Source of the DNA: Eledone cirrhosa
Lineage: Eukaryota
Direction: 5' to 3'
NCBI GenBank assembly: GCA_964016885.1
Contig: OZ024744.1
Coordinates: 63,426,001 to 63,490,000 of the forward strand
Length of the DNA: 64,000 bases
A program made the translations under genes and the position numbers. Below are positions 1 to 13,940 of this stretch, one piece after another (the stretch's first letter is position 1; each line of letters starts with the position of its first letter). Below the pieces are notes generated by a model. That model was not told the origin of the DNA and made no database searches. It saw nothing but the letters and a program-made list of their open reading frames with translations.

Positions 1-194
1 TTATTTATTATGTAATTTTTTCATAATATAGAGAGAATCTCTAGGGTTTTGCTATCATCAGCGTTATCATTAACATCATCTTCATTACCATTTTCATTTT
101 CACCATCACCACCACCACCACCACCATCATCAAATTTAACACCTCAACATCAATTCTTTTACAGTATATTTAACCAGGACACACTACCACATTG

Positions 195-632
195 CTAGGT
201 CTCAATATGAAATAACAAAGAGAGGGACACCCTGACCGACTCTATACATGCCTGGGGATGTAGTAGATATAGCTTGGCCTGTTCCCTCATAAGAGTTAAA
301 GACCCCCTTCGGTCATGTATGACCATGGGATTTGCACCTAGAAAGTTCCACGCCGAGGCACAAGTCCGGACAAGGTTATTTGTGGAAGACCAGCAGTCGC
401 CCATGCATACTGGTCTCTCCTCTCCACACCACCGATGTTGTCGAAGGGAAAGGCAATGGTTGATAGAACTTGACACCGGTGACGTGGCAACTCATTTCTA
501 CAGCTGAGTAAACTGGAGCAACTTGAAAATAAAGTGTCTTAGTTAAGGATACAATGCATCACCTGTGCTGAGAATCGAACTCACAATCTCATGATTGCAA
601 GCCCAGCGTTCTAACCATGAAGCTATACACCT
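195..632 (-). mobile_element. tRNA-derived SINE (family 1)
   Basis: Reverse strand begins with a tRNA-like head (TAGCTTCATGGTTAG A-box-like, GAGTTCGATTC B-box) followed by a conserved core (GACACTTTATTT...GCTCCAGTTTACTCAGCTG). Related copies at ~5655-5775(+), 6320-6445(+), 25905-26052(-), 35060-35185(-). Confidence 0.75.
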
Positions 633-1199
633 TCATAAAAAGTAACAGATATCTGATAGTTTTGGAGTGTACAGTATTCTGTTGTTCAGTGCCATCAACC
701 TATTCACCTAACATCTTTTGTTTCCATGCTGGCATGGGTTGGGCAGCTTGTCACAGTCTAAGGTTAGACAGCTTGGAGAACCATGTCTTGCTTATAGACT
801 TCATATTTTGGCATGAATAGTATTTTTTAGCCATCATTTAACGTTCATTTTCCATGGTAGCATGGGTTTGACAGGTTTTCACAGTCCTAGATGTGTCTAA
901 GGATTATGCCTGGCTTATCTATTCCTATAGGTTATAAGATGGTGGAATTTGAATGTGTTATATCTTAAGCTAAACAGGAGGTGTTTATTGGGTTCCTGAC
1001 GCTAATACCTGTAAAATTCTAGTCTCCAAAGACTGAATTGCTCAGCACCCTTTAATTTCCTTAATGGGTAATTTGGATTTTGTCCTCTATTGTTCTGGAC
1101 TCAAAACCAATAATATGCTGGATTCAATTTAATCAACAATGGTCTTTTACAAAAAATTGGCTTTGTGACCTTATAAGAAATAATGTTCTAATTTTGTAA

Positions 1200-1404
1200 C
1201 CCTTTAGCATTTAAACCGATCATACCTGGCCAGAATTCTCTCACATCTTTCTGTTCAAACTGGCTGTAACTGACTACTCATACTGATGTTAAGGTATTCT
1301 CAAAACAAATAATATCAAAATCTCCTAGATTCAATAGTATGTGAGATAAAGTGTTTACTGTGAAAATACAATAGTAAATATAGATATATGTAAATACTAA
1401 AGTG
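1200..1404 (-). mobile_element. piggyBac-type MITE copy (orientation opposite to most copies)
   Basis: CCCTTTAGCATTTA terminus; internal sequence is the reverse complement of the 11207-11411 copy. Confidence 0.75.
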
Positions 1405-1559
1405 TTAAAGTCATTTCCCTTGCTAAAACAAAACTTAAGAGGTGAGAAGAGGGCACACATGACAGGCTAAATCATCCTCATTATAGCGTCCTTCTTATGG
1501 CAATGCCTTTCTTGACACTGACTCTTTTCAGTCACTTATGACAATAGGGATATGGTGCA

Positions 1560-1745
1560 CCTATTTGAAATTAAGGCCAGCAATTATCCCAGTGCATTAC
1601 TGGTACTTTATTTTATCAGCCCCGAAAGGATGAAAGGAAAAGTTAACCTCGGCGGGATTTGAACTCAGACCGTAAAGGGCTGTAACTCTATGCTGCAAAG
1701 CATGGTGTCCGACTCCCTACCGATACTGCCAATCCACTGCCCTTG
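1560..1745 (-). mobile_element. tRNA-derived SINE (family 2)
   Basis: Head with TGGCAGTATCGG and GAGTTCAAATC boxes on the minus strand plus a CCTTTCATCC...GATAAAATAAAGTACCAGT core. Other copies at ~1890-2065, 13662-13852, 16045-16220, 17402-17590, 39170-39390, 43350-43468, 44885-45005, 48175-48270, 49795-49900, 55535-55692, 61176-61338. Confidence 0.8.
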
Positions 1746-2244
1746 AAAATAACAAACATTTGACTATGATACTGGACAACTATTGTCATTGTGTTGTGTT
1801 TCAGAGCAAGGCACTTAAGTATTCTGGTTTCATTTTGTCTGACTAAACAAAATCTGCTCCTACATTGCAGTTGAATAGTTATTATAGTTAGGGCAGTGTT
1901 GGTAGAGCGTCAGACAACATGCTTCGCGGCATAGAGTTACGGTCCTTTATGTTCTGAGTTCAAATCATGCTGAGTTTAGCTTTGTTTTTCATCCTTATGA
2001 GGTCAATTTAATCGACTTTCCCCTCCCACTAAAATTGTTGGACTTGTGCCTAAACCAGAAACCATTATAGTTAGAAAGGGCATCCAACTGTAATTACCCG
2101 TAGATATAATTAGAAATGATATCCAAATGTAGTTGTTAGGAATACACTAATAAACAAATTGGCTAATTATTGATTAATCAGCTTTGCCTTATTGGCTGTT
2201 GATCATCTACTACTCAATTACAATTAATTGTAAGTAATATATGC

Positions 2245-2460
2245 ATCATCATCATCGTGTCCATTTTCCATGCTAACATGGGTCAGGCAAGTTAGGTCGG
2301 GTGACCAGGTCTTGCTCATATAGAACTGTTTCTGGTTTGGTTTCCACAGCTGGATGCGCTTCCTAACACCAACTACATTTACATTGTGGACGAGGTGCTT
2401 TTTGTCGTGACTCCTATATGACATCTTTATAGTGTGTGCTGGGTGCTTTTTTTATGACAC
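2245..2460 (-). mobile_element. SINE with RTE-like (ATG)n tail (family 3)
   Basis: CATCATCATC...CCATTTTCCATGCTA tail shared with RTE 3' ends, plus a CAGCTGGATGC.CTTCCTAACACCAAC body. Related copies at ~2880-3060, 25675-25880, 42420-42680. Confidence 0.6.
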
Positions 2461-3563
2461 TTACACAACCACTTTTATATTTCATAATTAATAACAAATA
2501 TAGAGTTACTGTTTGGGAGCATATGGTGACAAAATTAGGCCACTTTTACCATAGTTTCTATATTTTATTGCTATTGAACTGTCGTTAAAGAGAGCAATCT
2601 TTTGTACACATGATATCCTGTTTAACCATTGTGTGACATTAACACCAATTAGAATCTTTATAATATTTAAATTAATTCTTTTTTAAAAGCTCAATTAAAA
2701 ACATATCCTCTCTACTTTTACACTCTTGACCTACAGGGAGTTATGCCTCTTGTGCAGTCTCAAGTAATTTCCAGTTGTGTGGATCATGTAACCCGTGTGT
2801 GAACTAAGTGAAAATATTTTGTGGAACTGTTACTTCTGGCAACAAAAGGCTTCTCTCTCAAAATGAAAGGCTTAATATGAACATAATATGCTACATGACC
2901 GTAACTAAAAAGAAATGTCATGCTTGCATACTCTGTAAAATAGTTTGCATTAGGAAAGGCATCTAGCTGTCGAAACCATGTCAAAATATGGAACATATGT
3001 GCAAGATATTGCTCCACAACTAATCTAGTTTCAGAAAATAAACATAAAATGATGACAATGATGATACACTAGTGGGTTTAGATTGTGTGTCTTAGGAAAT
3101 AGTGTTTATGTATTTCTACATGTTGAATCCAATGTTTTCTGATGTCCCTCGTTTTCTTCCTCCAGCATAAGAATTGAAAAAAAAACAATAACGGCCAATT
3201 ATCAAAACTAATTAATCTACAAAATGGCCAATGTTGCCGATTCCGATTATCTGCTGATTAATCAATGATACCCCAGTTACTAGAAGACAGATTATCCGAC
3301 TCTTTTATCATTTACATTACTCTATATATACTATTGTATTTTTGTGGTAAAGGCTTTATCTCACACAATATCGAATCTGAGATTATTGATATTATATATT
3401 TTGAGAACAATACGTTAACATCAGTTTGAACAGAAAGAGGTGAGAGAATTCTGGCCGAATACAGTTGATTTAAATGTTAAAAGGCTAAAACAAATTCTAC
3501 ACAAAATAAATGATTTCATTTAAATTTTGTTTAGAAAATAAAAATAATTTTTATTTATTTCAG

Positions 3564-3684
3564 AGAGAAGATGGTGTTTTTTACAATTGATAACACTACT
3601 GTCCCTGTTGTTCCAAGTGAAACTAGTGCAGATGAAAGGTTTGAAGAATTTCTAAATGATGATCGTACAGGGGAAGAAGTATAA
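3564..3684 (+). CDS. probable terminal coding exon of an unidentified host gene (EKMVFFTIDNTTVPVVPSETSADERFEEFLNDDRTGEEV*)
   Basis: T-rich tract and CAG acceptor at 3561-3563; open, protein-like frame 3565-3684 ending in TAA; non-repetitive; followed by a UTR-like AT-rich block. Confidence 0.6.
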
Positions 3685-5789
3685 AAGAATATTTGCAGAA
3701 ACCTGTGTGTTTCTTAAGGACTTTGTTTTATGAAAGAGTTGTTTATATACATATACAAGAAGAACCCACCATAATTATTGCCACCACCACTTTCAAGAAG
3801 GCAATTGCAATGCAGGAAATAAATTGTATATAATAATTTGCTACATCATTAAATCTACTAAAATATTCAGATCAAAAAAACTCTCAAATTCTCTTTAGTT
3901 TTCTTTCTTTTTTTTTTAATAAAAAAAGAAGAAGAAATGACTTGTTTTTCCTCGTAAGTGGTGGTTGCAACAAGCTAAATTACAGCAGGAATGAATTGTA
4001 ATTTAAGCAAGAAAGGCACTGTAAGTTTTTTTGTGCTTTTCTTTCTAAATCTTTTTGTGTAATATATTGTCTAGCTGTTGTTCTGTTCTCGATCCCACCT
4101 TTATATGCTGACAAGCTGTGATTGATAAGTCAGGTGTATCTTTTGGAGAATTTAGAAACTCTTATTATTGAAGAGGAAGCTAGACAAATGCCATCTTCAC
4201 CTTATTCCAAAAAAAAAACAACAAAAAAGTTTTAAAAAAAAAAACAATTATGATCAATGTAACTATAAAATCTTATGGATTTTTTTTGTTTGTTTGTTTG
4301 GTCATGTTATGAAATACATGTTACATAACTGAAAAAGTATTGAATCCCATTTTTTGTTAAATTACGAAGAATGTGTTACAACTAGTACTTATAAGATTTT
4401 GGTCCACTCCTTCTTAAGAATTTGAAGATTATTTTATGTAGATCTATTTGTTACAATGTTTATTATAAAAAGAATACAATTTTGTAGATAAATATTTATA
4501 AAGCTAATTTTTCTTTTAATATGTGTACAGTATATTTTTTAAAGAACTTTCCTTGTAATTTTGTCTTTACTAGCCACTAAGGCATGTTTAAATACCATTA
4601 AAAAAAAAAATTTAAAAAAAATATTGAGGAAATATTTTTAAAATATGACTGCTTTAGTTAGAAATCAAGAAGAAAAAAATTGTTAGGAAAATTAAAATAT
4701 ATTTCTTGAAGATTGGAAACTATAAATTTAAATATTTTATTTTCATGCAAGAAATATATATATACACACACACATATATATATACAAATACAAAATAATA
4801 CTTGTAAAGTAGTACCACACAAACAAATAATGTACTTTTTTTTTTCTTTTTTTTTGTTAAACATAACTAATATTGAAATTGTCAGAATATATAAATCTAA
4901 ATGAGTCAGTAAATTTGTCTGTATTAATAAAAATAAAAAATTAACAAGTTTGAAAATAATAAAGCTAGTATTTATAGTATTTAGAAAAATAATTATTATT
5001 AAAAAGGCTGTGCTCCAGCATGGTTGCAGTTTGAAGACTGAAACCAGTAAAAGACTAAAAAAAAAAAACAATAAAGTAAAATTTAACAAGAAAGAACTAC
5101 TTTTATAAAAATTGTTCAGTAATTGCAAAATAAGATTGATTAGATTTAGAATTATGTTTTTTTTTTCCTTTGTTTCTAAAGAACATTTTAATGTGTAATA
5201 AATAATAGTTTTTCTAACCATTTGAAAATCTTGCAGCTCAGGTTTTCTATTATTTTACTTTTTGATGTGGCATAATTTACATTTTCAACTACACAAATTG
5301 ATATCTGGGAAATCCCCACCCCCATCCAGATGTCATTTTAACTTGAAAAAGAAAAGAAAAAATTTTGTTATTCAAATAATTCCCTTGTTAATAATACATT
5401 GTGCTCTCTTTTGAGGTTTTCTATGAATCCATGATTTTTATTAAAATATAATAATGTTCTGCATATATATTTAATGTCAGATATACTACTTAACACTAAT
5501 TGAATATAAAGTCTTGTTCTATTGAGCTTTTATTCAAACTGCAGCCTTAACTTACAACATGTGTTGTCAACTAAATCCTGTGAACAGGAATTAGTTGCTG
5601 TAATTAATGTAGGTATTAAAATGAATATTTTCCTTACTATTTACGCAAGTCTGAAGGTGTGTGACCTAGTTACTTAGGGTGTTGGACTCACTATCATGAG
5701 GTCATGGGTTAGATTCATGGACTTGGTAGCACATCATGTTCTTGAGCAAGATGCTTCATTTCACATTGCTTTTCATGGTAAGACTGAGG

Positions 5790-7005
5790 CATCTCATTAA
5801 AATGCCCAAGAAACCTTCTATGAGATGCAACTGCAGAGGAAGTCAGCTAATACCTGCATAGGTGTGAGTTGTAACAACAATACTATGTAGTGTTGATAGG
5901 ACTGGGGTCGTCCCCTGTCTTTAAAACATTCAAGAAACCTATGAGATGCAACTGCAGAGGAAGTCAGCTATACTTGCATAGGTGTGAGTTGTAAATTTTG
6001 TTCCTTTTTTTTTTTTCTTTTTCATTTCTTTCATGCAAGTGAACCATTTAGAACAGGATTTCATTCATAATCTTAGAGAAGACTGTGAATGTAATCTTAA
6101 AGATTTGTTAATTTTTTTAATAATTAGTATTTTAATCTCTTGCTAGTATAATAATTTATTGAAAAAAACTGAGTCAACAAAATAACAAACAAAATTCTGA
6201 GATTATACAGTTTGTACACATAACAATTTGTTGTTTGGCACTGGACAATATTTCTTCTCATAACTTTCTTGGAACATTTAGATGTTCATGTCTTTTATTT
6301 TTTTAAAATACTGACCTGTGAGGGTATGTGATTGATCAGTTGGACTCATGATCATAATGTTGCTGGTTTGAGTCTTCTGCTGGGTGATATATTGTATCCT
6401 TGAACAAAATGCTTCATTTCATGTTGCTTCAGTTCACTCAGCTAAAAAAAAAGTACTAGCAGCAGTTGGGAGATAATCTGACCTATAAGAGGACTAGGGC
6501 TCCCTATCATCATTAAATCATCTGAGAAACTTCCTATGTGCTACAACCACCTTGAGGCCAACTCAATTTACATAGGTGTGATCTATAACAACAATGTTTT
6601 AGGTGTTGATATGACTGGTGCCCCTATCATTAAAACACCTGAGAAACCTGTTATAAGATACCTCATTGACTAACTAAACCTACATAGGTATGGGTTGTAA
6701 TGATAATTTTGTAGTGTTAATAGGACTGGGGCCCCTATCATTAAATTACCCTTTAGCATTCACTTTATTCTATATTTACTACTGTATTTTCACAGAAAAG
6801 GCTTTATCTCACATAATATCAAATCTATGCGATTTTGATATTTATTTTGAGAACAATACCTTAATGTCTGTATGAATGGCCAGTTACGACCGGTTTGAAC
6901 AGAAAGAGGTGAGAGAATTATGGCCGGTTTAAATGCTAAAGGGCTAAGGTACCTCATATGAGGTCAGCTCAACCTACATAGGTCAAAGCTGTAACAACTC
7001 GTGAT
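5790..7005 (+). repeat. degenerate ~115-120 bp tandem units in two clusters
   Basis: Recurrent GAAACCT..TATGAGAT...CATAGGTGTGAGTTGTAAC...GTGTTGATAGGACTGGGG unit at ~5810-5995 and ~6485-7005. Confidence 0.7.
6749..6943 (+). mobile_element. piggyBac-type MITE
   Basis: CCCTTTAGCATT ... AATGCTAAAGGG terminal inverted repeats. Confidence 0.75.
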
Positions 7006-8098
7006 AGAACTTTTAGTTAAGCATTAGAAGTTGTTTTTTTAATATTTTAAATTCCTCTCAACATAAAACTGTTATGTATGTATACATTCTTTTTTCAATA
7101 TATCAAAATACTGATACAATTCTTCACTTGCACATTCGTATACAACTTATATATAACTTTTTTCTGTAGTTTAAAATATCTTATTTTAATTTCAGATCAT
7201 AAAAAAAGAACAAAAACAAAAAAGCAAATACTGCATTGAGACATTTTATTTTTTTCTTTCCATAAGATCAGAAAGCTGGAGATTTTAACTGAGAATAGAA
7301 TTTATAAACCAAATGTTTAAAAATATTTTATTCCTTATCGTGATTCTGTAGCTAATTCTTATGGACACTGAATTCAGATATAGGTTTAAGGTATTTGGAG
7401 ATTTCTAAGAAATCTTTATTTCTACATGAAACAAATTTACAAAATGAAATAATTCACTTTGTGTATGTCATTCCCGATATGTTTCTACCAACTGTTTCAA
7501 ATCTATTTACTACTTTTTTTTTCCTTGCATTTCAAATTAAGTCCCAAAATTATTTGAGCAGTTATTTCATTTCTTGAATTGTAATTTTTTTAAGATTCTC
7601 CAAGATCTATTTCTTGTTGATAATGCACTGGTTTTAACTAATATCTAAAGTAATGTGCAATTTAGCAAGAATTTTGAATAACAGAAATAACAATGAAAAC
7701 TGCTTTCTTCTATAAAATTAAATTCTTACTCTACAAGAAAATTGGTCAGAGGTACCACATTTCTTTTCTTTTTTATTTTTCCCATCCAAATTCTTCCTTA
7801 GATTATTACATCTAAAAAAATTTTTTTTTTTTGTTTTTGTTTTTTTTTCTTATCCTCCCGATTTTCCTTTTCTCATCTTCATTATTCCAAAATATTTAAT
7901 CAGTATTAATTCATGTTTCAATCTATCTATATATATGTATATATACATATATATTTAAAGGATGAGAAACCGGAAGTTAGAACAAACTAGAGTATTGATT
8001 GTATTTTCTTTCAAAATATATTTATGTAATTTACTTAATCAAGATATATAAAACAAAAAATGAGCTAATGAATACACTTTACATATTTTGTAGAAGGA

Positions 8099-8131
<33 letters not shown>

Positions 8132-8629
8132 ACCATTTGTATATGTTCTAGATTGAAGTTTCTGGAGGACCACAAGTCTCTAAAGATTCCTTTTCTGCTA
8201 GTATCTTTGGTAGTTCTTACTATAGTATAGTGAAGGGGTTGTTTGTGTTTGGGATTTATTTTATCAAACCATTTATAATTCTAAAATAACTTCCGAATAT
8301 TACCACCAGTACATAAACTTTTTTTTTAATGTGATTTAGCAGTTTAAACCAAAAAAGATTGATAAAATTTATTATTGGGTCAATATGATTGAGAAAAATC
8401 TCTTTGAAACAGTGCCACAGCATAGTGACTGAAACCAGTAAAAGAATAGAAGAAAGAATTGTTCACACAATTTTATTTTTTCAAAATAGCTAGTCTTAAA
8501 CCCAAAGATTTTATATAATTTATACTAGCAAAATTGTTTTCATTTACTCACCCACCAGTTTTTGTAATTTGATGATTTTTTTTCCACAACAGTGTTTTTA
8601 TCTGTCCACTTTAAAAAAAACAAAAACAT

Positions 8630-8985
8630 TTATTACTGTGTGGTAATGAGACATGGGGAGTTAATGCAGAGGTTATGTGAAGGCTGGAGAAAAATGAATC
8701 AGGCATGCTTCAAAGAATGTGTGATGTTAAAGTATGTGTATAATAGAGCATGTTTGAACTGAGAGAAAAGCTGGGTATAAGAAGAATCAGATGTATTGTT
8801 GCTGGTAAGGAAGTGCCAAGAAACTGCAGTAGAGAAACAAACACCTGGACAGAGGTTGTAAAAGCTGATCCCAAATCGCTGAAACTCAAAGATGAAGGAA
8901 TCCATCAAATGGAGGGATTCTGTGCTGGAAAGACCTGTCCAACCCATAGAAAAGCAGACAGAAAATAATGATGACCATGATGATT
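8630..8985 (+). mobile_element. RTE LINE 3' fragment
   Basis: ELREKLGIRRIRC...TWTEVVKAD, similar to other RTE 3' ends in the window; ATG-repeat tail. Confidence 0.65.
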
Positions 8986-11206
8986 TATATCTATATTTCT
9001 TTTACTTCATGCTGTGACACTGTTGGACTGTTATAATAATTATACTGAATTTCATCTTTATCTTTCAAACTGATACACATTGCCTTGTTATTTTCATAGG
9101 AATTAATGTACCATATATTCTCACATATATACATCACACTAGTAGATCAGTTGCATCTCCATTTTACATACAACATTTACAATGTACTATATAGTTAGGA
9201 TTGAGGTTTTGTAGGTTCAGTAAATTAGTTACATACTGCTTTTTGACATAGTATTTTCATGGAAAATGCTATGACTTATACATGAGTGTGTGTGTGTGTG
9301 TGTGTGTATATAATATATATAGATGTATAATTATATATGTATGTGTGTGTGTGTGTGTGTGTGTGTACATACACACTCATGTATGTCATTCCAGTAGAAG
9401 ATAGGTCATACCTACATTTTACATACATTTCCAATGTACCACATATTTTGAATCGAGGTCTAGTAAAGTCACATGCTGGTTTTTCAGGTATTTTCATGTG
9501 AAAAAAAAAACCAGATGTGATTTATATACAATGGGTTAAATTACATGAATGCAGGCTGTGAAACTCTGTATTACTATCACTAATGACGTCCATCATTCTT
9601 AGTTTAGTTTCAATATTTTTGGTGGTGAAATTGCTCCACTTAGATTTTATAGAAAGAAATGTAATTGCTGAAATAACCTGAGATTCTATACCTGTTTTAC
9701 AAAAGTTCAAATATATTTTGATAAAATACTTTTTAATTAATTTTATTTTGTTGTCATTATTATTATTGGTGTTGTTATCGTTGAGCTTTTAAATAACTAA
9801 ACTACTTAAGAGAATCCAAAGTTTTTATAAGTGGAAAGAATTTTCATACAATCATTAATCCTCAAAAATATCTCTTATCTGAAAGCTTTATTTCTTTGTC
9901 TTGATTGAGGTCTTCGGGTATTATATTGTTTATCTCCAAGGCAAGCACTATACAGACATTTTAATGCCAAAATATAATTTGTACTTAAAGAAATCTTATA
10001 TATATTTTTTTATCTACATAGGAGATGCTAATACAGTCATTTTAATACCAAAATATAATAATTCTGTCAAAGATGATGTTAACTCACTATTTAGTTTTCA
10101 TTGAAATTATTGTACAAGTTGCTTACTATTTTGGTGTTTATTTCTGATTTAACACCAACTCACACAAAACCACCTCTGCTAACGTGTTCCAATTTAAATT
10201 AAAATCTTTCACTGAAATCTCATTATTACTTGCTAGATAACATTAGATTTCAGTATTTATAAATATTTATCATCTTTTGTTATTAAGTTGAAAGTTAGTT
10301 ATTTTAATAAACCTTTCATAATTCTCCATTATTTTGATAATTAAAACACAAAGGCTATAGTCTTGTTAGAAATATAATCACAAAAGAGTTCACCAGAAAG
10401 CTTAATATTTCCTTAAAGATAAAAACATTTTATTATCAACAGATAAAATCTTATTTTGAAATTTGAAAATGTGGGAGTCTCAAATGCAGAAAATAACTGT
10501 AATAACAGTCAATTACTATAAATAATAGTTGAAAAAATTGGGTAAATTACTCTTAGAAAAGTGCTAACATTTTATTTGAGAGATGTGGGATTCATTTCCT
10601 CACAGGTACCACTGTCTACTTTTTTCAGGATCTGTTATCACAGTTATTTTGTATGTTTGAGGCTCACACATTTTCAAATTTCAAATTCTCCCAGTATTTT
10701 GCTAATTATAAGGTTTTGGGGGGGGTTGTGTTTGGTGTTTCAGTATTTATTTATTTTACCAATTGAGGTATTTAGAATTTAATTATTGCTTTAAAATGCC
10801 AACACAAAAGACAATTGGGGTTCTCTTCCAGATACTTCACTTAATCTCTTTGGTGTCAGTTAAAACGTTTGGTTTTAAAAATCATTTTTTGTGAAAAACT
10901 TCAATATTCTTTGGAGATTTTATTGAATATTGGTTTAGTTAATTGATCTTGGGTTACTCTGCTTGTTCTCTTATTTATAAAAATAGAAAATTATCTTCTT
11001 TTAACATTTTGAATCCAAATTTAATTGTTCGTATGTTACAACTTTTGTAAACTATGTAGCAAGAAGGAAACTAAAACAATATATACATATACCAAAAATA
11101 TTTTTCTTCTATTGTTTTAAAGTACTTTTATTAGTTTCAGATTATGTTGTTGACTATGCTAGACTTTGAAGGATTGTGGATTTTTGGCTAATTGTTTTTT
11201 TTTTAA

Positions 11207-11411
11207 CCCTTTAGCATTTACATTACTCTATATTTACTATTGTATTTTCACAGTAAACACTTTACCTCGCATAATATCGACTCTGAGATTTTGATATTAT
11301 TATTTTGAGAACAATACCTTAACATCAGTATGAATGACCAATTACAGCCGGTTTGAACAGAAAGAGGTGAGAAAATTATGGCTGGATATTGCCGGTTTAA
11401 ATGCTAAAGGG
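11207..11411 (+). mobile_element. piggyBac-type MITE (reference copy)
   Basis: 14-bp TIR CCCTTTAGCATTTA/TAAATGCTAAAGGG with TTAA on both sides (11203-11206, 11412-11415). Further copies at ~3310-3484, 16762-16935, 38306-38543, 48072-48452 (SINE inserted), 49956-50161, 50606-50839, 54686-54896. Confidence 0.85.
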
Positions 11412-12733
11412 TTAATCGAAATTGAGTCACATATTTTCAGAACCACATGTAATTTTCAGTACATCCATTACATTCAAAATTCATATATACATTCTGTAAT
11501 AGCAGTTGTGTGTCATATAGGAGTGTATATATTGTAGAATAGTGAAACATTATCTCATATAAAATCCAATATGAAGTGTATTTTGTATATTGAAAAATGA
11601 GTTTTAAATTTCAGCTTTGTTGGCTCTACCGGCTTTGAGATTGGGTTTCAAAGCTATATGAAATATACAGACTTTGAACCTAAATCTATAGTTGATAGAG
11701 CCAGCAAAGGTGAAATTTATAAGTAACTGTAGTTTTTTATGACAAAATATATTTTGAAATATATTTATATACAACATTTTACAATCAATTTTCCTTATAA
11801 AGCAGTGATTAGCCATATTAGTTCTATGACAGGTTTCGTATTCATCATAGGTTCCTTTTTGAGGCAATGTTTTATGGTCGGATACCCTTCCTGATGATAA
11901 CCCTTTTAGTCATTTCTTAAACACACATCATAAAATATTTTCTGTTATAAATGCTGGGTTACCTTTAAAATGGCTAAATAGTTATGGATCATTATTAAAT
12001 ATTATATATTGTATTGTGATAGAAAATTTATATACAAAATATATTTTGACTACTTGTAAAAGATCGTTTTTTTTTTTTTGTTTGTTTGTTTTTTAACTTA
12101 AGAATGCGGGCAATAGATGAGAAAAATATCTGGAGAGATTTATCTTTAAAAAAAAGAATTTAATCATAGATCTCAAACTTTAAAACTTATTAAAATAATT
12201 AACAAACTTGTGCCATCGTTTTCTAAAGATTTCTCATCCAAATACAGTATTTGCTAGATTAATTTTGTAGTAGTAGTAGTAGTAATAATAATAATAATAA
12301 GAAGAAGAAGAAGATATTCCTTTTATTATTTTTTTTATTTTTTTATTTTCCCAAAAAATGTTAAAAATTACCTTTGTTAAAATTAATTATAAATTGTTAC
12401 TTTTTGTGCTTTGAAAGACCTTTTTGATTTACAATGGGTACTTTGTATTTTGCTGAGGTATCTATCAGAAATCACATATAAGAAGAAAAAGAATGTTGCT
12501 TTGAATTTGTACAAGAACAAAAAACAAAGGAATATTTAATCAGTGAAAAAATATTTTTTTTAATAGAAATTATTTTTTTTTCTGCATATTTGTATATTTA
12601 ATCTTAATTTCTAACATGCTGTTATGCTGAGCATAATCTTAAATTTTCTCAAATTTTTATTACTATTATTATTATTATTTTTTTTTTTTTTTTTTTTTAT
12701 AAGAAACACTCAATGAGGTTGTAAATATGTATG

Positions 12734-12787
<54 letters not shown>

Positions 12788-12919
12788 ATTCCTTCTGAAA
12801 TGCTCATTTATGTGCAGTGAGTTGACATTTTAAAAAGATTTTATAAATAGTGACTGCTGTATGGTTGTGTGTATGTATGTGTGTATATATATATAAATAT
12901 ATACACAGACACATATTTT

Positions 12920-12953
<34 letters not shown>

Positions 12954-13940
12954 AAGCCTGTGTATGTATGTATGTATATGTGTATATACATGTGTGTATG
13001 TATGTGTATATATATATATATATATATAGACCTTATTTAATAGCAGCATGAGAAAACTTAATCTTTCAAAGAAACAACATAATAATAATAATGATAATAA
13101 TAACAAAATAAAATAAACAAAAAGGTATTTTAAAAATGTAAACTATACAAATTGAAATCATAGGGATTTATTTTTTTTTTTTTTTCAAATTTCTGAATTA
13201 GATATTAAAAATGAAAAATAATCAAATCATGTATACATGCTCTCATTTTCTGTAAAATGTAAATATATAATATAGCCTTTTGAAAGATATTTTTGTTGTA
13301 TGCTTGGTGTTTCTGAATGCATGTTTACATATTTATGAAGTACTCGTATATATATATTGACTGTTAAGAAGAATTGATTTCACTTTCTTTTTTTTTTTTG
13401 TCTTTATAATAAATACTCAGTTTTTTTAATTTTATTTTCATTTTTATTAATTTTTTTTTAAGATAAAAATAAATTCAAACAGAAAGAGATATTTATTGTT
13501 TTGTGCTTTTACAAAAAAAAATTTTTTTCTTTTTAAAACTTTGATTAAATCCTATAATCTTAACAGTTGTATGTCTGTGTCATTGTCATATTAACTGGTT
13601 AAGATTTAAAAAAAATGAAGCTACACTTCAAAATCTCAATCTTTTATTCAGAAGAAAAAATTGTTTCTATTTTTGGCACAAGTCCAGCAAATTACCCCAA
13701 TGCATTACTGGTGCTTTATTTTATTGGCCTCATAAGGATGAAAGGCAAAGTTAACCTCGGCAGAATTTGAACTAAGAACAGAAAGGGCCATTACTCTATG
13801 CTGCAAAGCATGGTGTCTGATGCTCTACCGATACTGCCAATCCACAACCCTAGAACAAACAAAGTAAAGATGAAATTCAAAATGTTTTCATAAATAGTTT
13901 ACGAAAACAATCAGTGGATTGTTTCTTTACAATTGATAAA

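Larger units (their letters stand above)
3685..13500 (+). other. putative long 3'UTR
   Basis: Very AT-rich with poly-U/A runs and almost no LINE fragments; AATAAA at 13408-13413 and 13468-13473 followed by a GT/T-rich tract near 13493-13510. Confidence 0.4.

Noticed and set aside
540-632. tRNA gene
   Set aside because: Degenerate SINE head without an intact cloverleaf; the same applies to the other SINE heads.
4658-5221. 187-aa ORF
   Set aside because: F/L/I/K-biased chance ORF in AT-rich sequence, with no recognisable motif.
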